DNA of 53,748 bases from a virus (lineage: Duplodnaviria; Caudoviricetes). Shown here piece by piece: positions 48,858 through 53,748 of the stretch; the stretch's first letter is position 1; the number at the start of each line of letters is the position of its first letter. The stretch lies in IMG/VR virus record IMGVR_UViG_3300025781_000013, positions 1-53,748 of that record. One strand, 5' to 3'. The position numbers were made by a program, and so were the translations under genes. The notes below the pieces were generated by a model. That model made no database searches and was not told where the DNA came from. It saw nothing but the letters and a program-made list of their open reading frames with translations.

Positions 48858-49063
48858 TTGTTAACTCCGAACTGTTGTCGAATCAAATCCCATGCTTGTC
48901 CTCTGCTGATCATGTCTCGCAACATTGGACGCAATGCCACACCACATTCTCGCACAATCAGGTCGGCGAATTGATCCAATTCAGCATCAGTAAATACCCA
49001 AACAGGAGACGCTATGTTTTCTACAATACATTCCAATGCCAAATCTCTAATTCGTTCGTTCAT
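48854..49063 (-). CDS. MNERI-family small protein
   Basis: MNERIRDLA...FADLIVREC...IRQQFGVNK. Confidence 0.75.
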   Translation of the reverse strand: MNERIRDLALECIVENIASPVWVFTDAELDQFADLIVRECGVALRPMLRDMISRGQAWDLIRQQFGVNK

Positions 49064-49066
49064 TGT

Positions 49067-49255
49067 TCACTCGCTTTCTAAAGGTACATCACGCCATTCA
49101 CCGCCCTCAATAGGGATCCAACTAGAATTGTCTGATAATATTTGATAATTCCACCACTGTTGAAGTATTTTTACTTTGTAACCTGCCTCAACATCATGGA
49201 TAGGGATTACTCTTTCAACAAAACGTAATCTATTTGTTGGTGCAATTGTTCTCAT
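49067..49255 (-). CDS. Hypothetical protein (62 aa)
   Basis: PTNRLRFVER...ILQQWW...GEWRDVP. Confidence 0.65.
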   Translation of the reverse strand: MRTIAPTNRLRFVERVIPIHDVEAGYKVKILQQWWNYQILSDNSSWIPIEGGEWRDVPLESE

Positions 49256-49518
49256 TTCTCATTCGCTTCACTTAAAGTTTTTACTATCTCAGACCATTTA
49301 GCATATTCTTCATGGTATCCATGGTTTTTTTGAGTGACTTCATCAGCACATCCACCCCATCCAAGTGCGTCTAAAACTGCTTCAGCATATTCAAGTCGTG
49401 TTGCCTTTAATTGTTTAATTTCACTTTTCAAAATCAAAACACAGGTGGCACATTCTGCATTACAGCCTGGTTCAATAGAATCTCCACAACTACAATATAC
49501 TCTTTTATTCTCACTCAT
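49252..49518 (-). CDS. Small Cys-rich (possible Zn-finger) protein
   Basis: YCSCGD...CNAECATC. Confidence 0.6.
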   Translation of the reverse strand: MSENKRVYCSCGDSIEPGCNAECATCVLILKSEIKQLKATRLEYAEAVLDALGWGGCADEVTQKNHGYHEEYAKWSEIVKTLSEANEK

Positions 49519-49793
49519 TCTTCACTCGCTTTCTTTAACTGTCCAATATCTGACTGTAAATTGTTTGCGTCAATAATTTGTTTAATTAATTCTATACTAT
49601 CTGATTGTCCACGGTAGTAATCATCACGTTTTCCTCTACTCATATGGTCTTGTATAGTATCAACACATTCTTGAATAATCAACTCAGCGAACTGTTCAAC
49701 ATCGAGATCTAATGTTCCGTAGTCGGTCCATCCACTTCGTTGCATTACATCTGCCCCGGCTTGCCTGGCAAGTTCTTTGATCTTCTCGTTTAT
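49515..49793 (-). CDS. MNERI-family protein whose start codon reads ATA (INEKIKELARQAG...); an internal ATG lies at 49745
   Basis: In-frame ATA AAC GAG AAG ATC AAA GAA CTT GCC upstream of the ORF-track start; FAELIIQEC. Confidence 0.6.
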   Translation of the reverse strand: MNEKIKELARQAGADVMQRSGWTDYGTLDLDVEQFAELIIQECVDTIQDHMSRGKRDDYYRGQSDSIELIKQIIDANNLQSDIGQLKKASEE

Positions 49794-50134
49794 CAGAATG
49801 GCAAGTCCTCTTCGGTATCGTGCGTGTCTTTCAGCGTCTGCATCAACCCTTGGTTACGCATATCCTGTTCCTTCCTGGCACGTTTTTCATCATCGCTGAG
49901 ATTGATCAATTGGTCATACATTCTGGCCCAATGCACTCCCTTGACCCAACATTCCAGATCTTCTAGAGTGCCAGTGAACAACGCAGCGGATTGACTGTAC
50001 CCAGGCAAGCGGTCGTCCTCCTTGGCCACAACCTTTATTCGATCATTATGATTGGCTGAGATAAGTTTGCAACCCAATCGATCTATCTTGTCTTCCAATA
50101 TCCTAATTCGATCAATGATGCCCCATCCGCTCAT
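49793..50134 (-). CDS. Hypothetical protein (113 aa)
   Basis: Coupled to both neighbours. Confidence 0.7.
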   Translation of the reverse strand: MSGWGIIDRIRILEDKIDRLGCKLISANHNDRIKVVAKEDDRLPGYSQSAALFTGTLEDLECWVKGVHWARMYDQLINLSDDEKRARKEQDMRNQGLMQTLKDTHDTEEDLPF

Positions 50135-50355
50135 GCTATTTTCCCCAGTTTTTGATAGATCAACTGATCCAGTTCGGACTGATAGGGCAACCCCATTCGG
50201 CGCCGTTCATAGATTGTGGTCAGCAATTCGAGGCCCTCGATGGGCAACTCCAACAGGTTGCGATGTCGCATTTCTTCAATGATATCCTCGTCATCCACGT
50301 CTTCCAAGTCAATGTCAACGTCGATTTCTTTGTAAACTGTGGTGATCCTGGTCAT
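50131..50355 (-). CDS. Hypothetical acidic protein (74 aa)
   Basis: EIDVDIDLEDVDDEDIIEEM; ATGA coupling. Confidence 0.7.
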   Translation of the reverse strand: MTRITTVYKEIDVDIDLEDVDDEDIIEEMRHRNLLELPIEGLELLTTIYERRRMGLPYQSELDQLIYQKLGKIA

Positions 50356-50669
50356 TTGCCTGCTCTCAAGTCGTTGTAAAAGTTGCGGAGATTTGGAGGT
50401 AACCGGTCCTCGGGGTACACACTGAAACGATGTAGTACGATGGCACGCACAGCATCTTTATGATCCCGATCCGCATTGACGTAATCCATTTGGAGATTTT
50501 CCAAATCACGGATCATTCCATCGTTGTACTGCTCGCTTTGTTTGAACACTTCGTTGTCCACAGCACGATATCGAGGCGCAAAGTATTGATAAGACCAAAA
50601 GCTACCAAACATAGCGACAATAACAAATGCGATCCATCCTACCACAACAGCTGAAATTTCTTTAAACAT
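50352..50669 (-). CDS. Membrane-anchored protein (N-terminal TM helix)
   Basis: ISAVVVGWIAFVIVAMFGSFW followed by a soluble helical domain. Confidence 0.7.
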   Translation of the reverse strand: MFKEISAVVVGWIAFVIVAMFGSFWSYQYFAPRYRAVDNEVFKQSEQYNDGMIRDLENLQMDYVNADRDHKDAVRAIVLHRFSVYPEDRLPPNLRNFYNDLRAGK

Positions 50670-50688
50670 ATCGACCTTTCTTGTAAAA

Positions 50689-51174
50689 TTATTGTAATGC
50701 GATTGGGCTTACGATAATACGTGGCTCAACATAAATTGGTTTGGCTTTGCCGTCTTTGTGATCCACACACAGGACCCAAGTACCTTCAGCTGACGCTGGG
50801 CTATACAATCCGTTTGGATCGGCTTGTGGCAATGTACCATATCCGTGTGCATCACTGTAGACACGCTGTGGATTGGTGTACTGTGTGGCATAAGGCAAGC
50901 CATAGCCAACTGAGTCACACAATTTGGTCAATTGGTTATTCATACCAACCAGGTAAGTTGTAGTAGGAACACTACGGTCACGCAGTTCAAGAATATCTTT
51001 GAACATGCGCTTTTCAGCAAAGTTAGTGATTGCCGGCATACCAACTGACTGTACAGCCTGTAGGCTCATTTCTTCCTGCTTACGGCGCTCGATCTGAGTT
51101 GAACTTTCTGATTGTGGGCCACAGGCTGTTAGACCTAGCGTGCTTGCTGCTACTGCCAATAATAGTCGTTTCAT
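50689..51174 (-). CDS. Putative lipoprotein
   Basis: MKRLLLAVAASTLGLTAC lipobox; GYGLPYATQYTNP...QADPNGLYSP.SAEGTWVLC. Confidence 0.75.
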   Translation of the reverse strand: MKRLLLAVAASTLGLTACGPQSESSTQIERRKQEEMSLQAVQSVGMPAITNFAEKRMFKDILELRDRSVPTTTYLVGMNNQLTKLCDSVGYGLPYATQYTNPQRVYSDAHGYGTLPQADPNGLYSPASAEGTWVLCVDHKDGKAKPIYVEPRIIVSPIALQ

Positions 51175-51190
51175 TTAGATTCCTTATTAA

Positions 51191-51406
51191 TTAATTGTTG
51201 TTGGATTCGTTGGTTGATTTTGTTATTTCTTCATAACAAGGTACACATACTGTATTATTGTCGCCTGGTCCACCCATACCTGATATCGGATCTCGGCATT
51301 TTCCGCAAAGCATCATAGCCGCCGTAGTAATAAAACCTGTTTTTTGAATAATTGGTTCCCAAACATCTTTTGCAATTTTGCGATACCCTAAAATCTCATC
51401 AGTCAT
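51191..51406 (-). CDS. Small Zn-ribbon-like protein
   Basis: CGKC...CVPC. Confidence 0.6.
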   Translation of the reverse strand: MTDEILGYRKIAKDVWEPIIQKTGFITTAAMMLCGKCRDPISGMGGPGDNNTVCVPCYEEITKSTNESNNN

Positions 51407-51662
51407 TCTTCAACTCCAAAATGTTGTTTAATCTGTTGTGCCATATTCCAATACTCTGGTCTAATACCTGTTTGGCTGGGAGCAAAATCAACCCAGTCTG
51501 TTCCTTTTGATATAATCTGCTCAGCACATTCTTGAACTATCAACTGGGCGAACCGTTCTAATTCTTCATCAGTGCCGATCCATACGGTGCCCGAGCAATC
51601 TCTGGTCGTCTGTCATAATCTATCCCAGCCTGTTCAGCAAGTGGTCGAATTCGTTCGTTCAT
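51403..51662 (-). pseudogene. Frameshifted MNERI-family gene
   Basis: MNERIRPLAEQAG.. frame ends at TAG after 34 codons; the family C-terminus (FAQLIVQEC...IKQHFGVEE*) is in another frame; span is 260 nt, one short of a multiple of 3. Confidence 0.75.
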
Positions 51663-51673
51663 TTCTTTTCCTT

Positions 51674-51928
51674 TCATTGTTTCTCTCCAAAATGTTCTTT
51701 AATTTTTGCCATTAGGTTAATAATCTCGCCCTTCTTGCCCACCCTGATACCTATGTCACGGGGGCTTTCGTCTGCAACGGCGGGTTCATTATTTAAATCA
51801 TACCATTGTTGTTGTAGCAATTTGATATGCTCTCTAACAATCAACTCGGCTAATTTGTTGGCACGGGCTGCCATTTCAGGTGCCGCATAACCGGCTTGAA
51901 GCATGAGTTCTTTAATCTTCTCGTTCAT
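51674..51928 (-). CDS. MNERI-family small protein
   Basis: MNEKIKELMLQAG...LAELIVREH...IKEHFGEKQ. Confidence 0.75.
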   Translation of the reverse strand: MNEKIKELMLQAGYAAPEMAARANKLAELIVREHIKLLQQQWYDLNNEPAVADESPRDIGIRVGKKGEIINLMAKIKEHFGEKQ

Positions 51929-52095
51929 TTCAATATTTCCATAATCGTTATAATGCTGTGTAAACTAAAATACAATGCTAAAGCCCAAAAAATACTCGAC
52001 CGATACCAAGGCACATATTCAATATTCAACAGCTGACACACTTCTCGTTCATTCATTTTGCTTACATCAATGTAATGCACTTTTATTCCATTCAT
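51925..52095 (-). CDS. 56-aa membrane protein (missing from the ORF track)
   Basis: MNGIKVHYID...PWYRSSIFWALALYFSLHSIITIMEILK; GGAG RBS; coupled at both ends. Confidence 0.6.
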   Translation of the reverse strand: MNGIKVHYIDVSKMNEREVCQLLNIEYVPWYRSSIFWALALYFSLHSIITIMEILK

Positions 52096-52304
52096 TATTC
52101 AACTCCAAAAAGTGATCTAATATCTTGAGCACAATGCCTAGGTTCTGTTGCAGGAATATCTTGATACCTATCACACAAGTTGGCACATTCCCGAACAATC
52201 AACTCAGCGAACTTTTCTTTATTGAAATTATCATAACTTACTCCCCACTTATGTTCTTCGATAGTAGTGGCTTGCTTAACAAGTTCTCGAATTCGTTCGT
52301 TCAT
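52095..52304 (-). CDS. MNERI-family small protein
   Basis: MNERIRELVKQA...EKFAELIVREC...LFGVE. Confidence 0.78.
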   Translation of the reverse strand: MNERIRELVKQATTIEEHKWGVSYDNFNKEKFAELIVRECANLCDRYQDIPATEPRHCAQDIRSLFGVE

Positions 52305-52543
52305 TCTTTAACTCCGAAATGTTGTTTAATCGTAGCAGAACATTCTCGCAACAATTCTGATTCGTGGACATATCTACTGACTTCAATCTTGTTTTCTACA
52401 ATACCAGCACATTCCCTAACAATCAACTCGGCGAACTTTTCTTCATTCAATACATAAATGTAATGACTTTCACCTTCTCTGGCACGGTAATCAAATTTCT
52501 TTTCTCTAGCCTGTTCAGCAAGTAGTTTAATTTGTTCGTTCAT
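52301..52543 (-). CDS. MNERI-family small protein
   Basis: MNEQIKLLAEQA...EKFAELIVREC...IKQHFGVKE. Confidence 0.78.
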   Translation of the reverse strand: MNEQIKLLAEQAREKKFDYRAREGESHYIYVLNEEKFAELIVRECAGIVENKIEVSRYVHESELLRECSATIKQHFGVKE

Positions 52544-52554
52544 TCTTTTAATCC

Positions 52555-52773
52555 TTACATATAATAAGGTTTGGGACTACGATACACTTCAACAGTATCT
52601 AACATATTCTTGGCACGTTCAATTGCCAATTCTTTTGCTCTTTCATCAGGAAGATGCTCAGACACTCTATAACATTCCGCAAATTTCCAAAACAGAAAAT
52701 TCTTATATTGTACGTTATATTCTTTCAAGTGTGCGTCATACACAACTCGTGTTTGTAAAAATAGTTTTTTCAT
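52555..52773 (-). CDS. Hypothetical protein (72 aa)
   Basis: GGAG RBS within the shared junction motif. Confidence 0.65.
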   Translation of the reverse strand: MKKLFLQTRVVYDAHLKEYNVQYKNFLFWKFAECYRVSEHLPDERAKELAIERAKNMLDTVEVYRSPKPYYM

Positions 52774-52776
52774 TCT

Positions 52777-52935
52777 TCAACTCCAATATATCTTGAATAC
52801 CCGTTGTAATTTATTATAACGCATATACAACACAGAGTCAAACAACTTAAACACAAATCCAAATTGATTGCTGGCTAATGGATAAAAGTTAAACCCTGTG
52901 CGAACTTGGCCGCCTTCATCTCTAATGTGTATCAT
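52777..52935 (-). CDS. 52-aa protein, paralog of 48636-48857 (missing from the ORF track)
   Basis: MIHIRDEGGQVRTGFNFYPLASNQFGFVFKLFDSVLYMRYNKLQRVFKIYWS. Confidence 0.6.
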   Translation of the reverse strand: MIHIRDEGGQVRTGFNFYPLASNQFGFVFKLFDSVLYMRYNKLQRVFKIYWS

Positions 52936-53180
52936 TCTTCAACTCCGAAATGTTCTTTAATCTCGTCAATAATATCATTCACATCATTGGGTGGATAGCC
53001 AGGAAAGTTCGCACGGTCTTGAGCAATGTCGATACATTCTCTCACAATCAACTCAGCGAACTTTGTATCATAAGATTCCGAATACACTTTCAATGCTTGT
53101 TCTTTATCTGTGATTTTAATCATAGCATCAAGAGCATGTTTTTTAGCCTGTCTAGCAAGTTCTCGAATTCGTTTGTTCAT
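52932..53180 (-). CDS. MNERI-family small protein
   Basis: MNKRIRELARQA...KFAELIVREC...IKEHFGVEE. Confidence 0.78.
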   Translation of the reverse strand: MNKRIRELARQAKKHALDAMIKITDKEQALKVYSESYDTKFAELIVRECIDIAQDRANFPGYPPNDVNDIIDEIKEHFGVEE

Positions 53181-53464
53181 TCTGCTGTCTCGTAGGTTTG
53201 TTCAAAGATATCCGCCTTACAGGCATAAAATTCGCCTTGCACACCTTTAATGATCCAATCACCTTCAGTTGCGATATGTTGTACCTTCAAATGGATACCA
53301 TCTTCAAGTGTACCTATCTCTGCTTCGCCTTTGGCGCCTGGGTGACGTTGTTTGCTGAACTTGCCTAATGCACTACCACAAAATTGTTGAAGCTCATGGA
53401 TACCACGCTCGCTGTATTCAAATTGAACAGCTTCGATTACTACTGGTTTCTTTCTAAATTTCAT
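53177..53464 (-). CDS. Conserved phage protein (RKKPVVIEA / PGDYG-like family)
   Basis: MKFRKKPVVIEAVQF...TLE...GDWIIKGVQGEFYACKADIFEQTYE; AAGGAG RBS. Confidence 0.75.
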   Translation of the reverse strand: MKFRKKPVVIEAVQFEYSERGIHELQQFCGSALGKFSKQRHPGAKGEAEIGTLEDGIHLKVQHIATEGDWIIKGVQGEFYACKADIFEQTYETAE

Positions 53465-53495
53465 TTGCCAACTCCTTATTGCTTACTATACTACT

Positions 53496-53524
53496 ATTAT
53501 AACAAAAATTTCATTTCTGGTCAA
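53496..53524 (-). promoter_or_regulatory. Sigma70-like early promoter
   Basis: TTGACC-N17-TATAAT with extended TGn; same -35/-10 as 48424-48452. Confidence 0.8.
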
Positions 53525-53549
53525 ATCAGAGTATGGTAGAAAAACAACA

Positions 53550-53748
53550 CTATTCCGCAACTCCGAAATGTTCATACACCTGTATTCTAATACTAGTATT
53601 GTGATGAATAGCATCCATAGTTTCTAATACACATTCCCGAACAATCGAATCGACGAATTTTTTCAATTCATCTTCTGCAAATTTGATAAAGTTCGTACTT
53701 CCAGCGAATCCTTCATAAAATTCTCCGCCAGCCTGTTCGGCAAGTTTT
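53550..53748 (-). CDS. MNERI-family protein, 5' truncated by the window
   Basis: ..KLAEQAG...FVDSIVREC...YEHFGVAE*. Confidence 0.72.
   Translation of the reverse strand, partial: KLAEQAGGEFYEGFAGSTNFIKFAEDELKKFVDSIVRECVLETMDAIHHNTSIRIQVYEHFGVAE

Larger units (their letters stand above)
1..53748. other. Segment of a large tailed (contractile-tail, jumbo-like) bacteriophage genome
   Basis: Baseplate gp25/gp6-like genes, tail-fibre-like genes, thyX, dense overlapping ORFs, an array of small early ORFs, T4-like late promoter motifs; no host housekeeping genes or integrase seen. Confidence 0.93.

Noticed and set aside
50352-51174. Spanin pair
   Set aside because: Gene order is reversed from the usual i-spanin then o-spanin, no holin or endolysin is adjacent, and the context is early genes
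48636-53600. CRISPR array or integron attC interpretation of the recurring short motifs
   Set aside because: Motifs are coding, degenerate, irregularly spaced and non-palindromic; no cas or integrase gene in the window
1-53748. Stop-codon reassignment (alternative genetic code)
   Set aside because: Long genes are intact in code 11, and TAA, TAG and TGA all end genes at coupled junctions
1-53748. tRNA, rRNA or structured ncRNA genes
   Set aside because: Intergenic gaps are very short and no cloverleaf or rRNA-like sequence was seen; a covariance-model scan was not possible

Overview
This window is a segment of a large myovirus-type (jumbo-phage-like) genome read in standard code 11. It has three parts. 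(1) 1-20.8 kb: a plus-strand late structural block with a gp25-like and a gp6-like baseplate wedge protein, a 4,410-aa mosaic virion protein and tail-fibre-like proteins, several preceded by TAAATA/TATAAATA late-promoter-like motifs. (2) 20.8-45 kb: an about 24 kb carbohydrate-modification cluster directly downstream of the tail genes. It encodes five radical SAM enzymes with an N-terminal twitch-like Cys domain, six paralogous GT-B/GT10-like '(T/S)EK' proteins, three GT-A-like proteins plus a repeat-rich GT-like protein lacking DxD, a cupin/2OG-Fe(II)-like oxygenase, an SGNH-fold protein, a NodU/CmcH carbamoyltransferase, a DegT aminotransferase and an NDP-sugar epimerase. thyX follows. This cluster is the best candidate for an undescribed system: phage-encoded synthesis of a heavily tailored glycan. 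Its target (virion, DNA or host surface) cannot be read from the sequence. (3) 46-53.7 kb: a minus-strand array of small early ORFs driven by sigma70-like promoters. It includes about nine copies of an 'MNERI...FAELIVREC...FGVEE' family with constant/variable blocks and a recurrent 15-bp GGAG-N7-ATGA gene junction. All family assignments come from motifs read by eye; no database searches were run.
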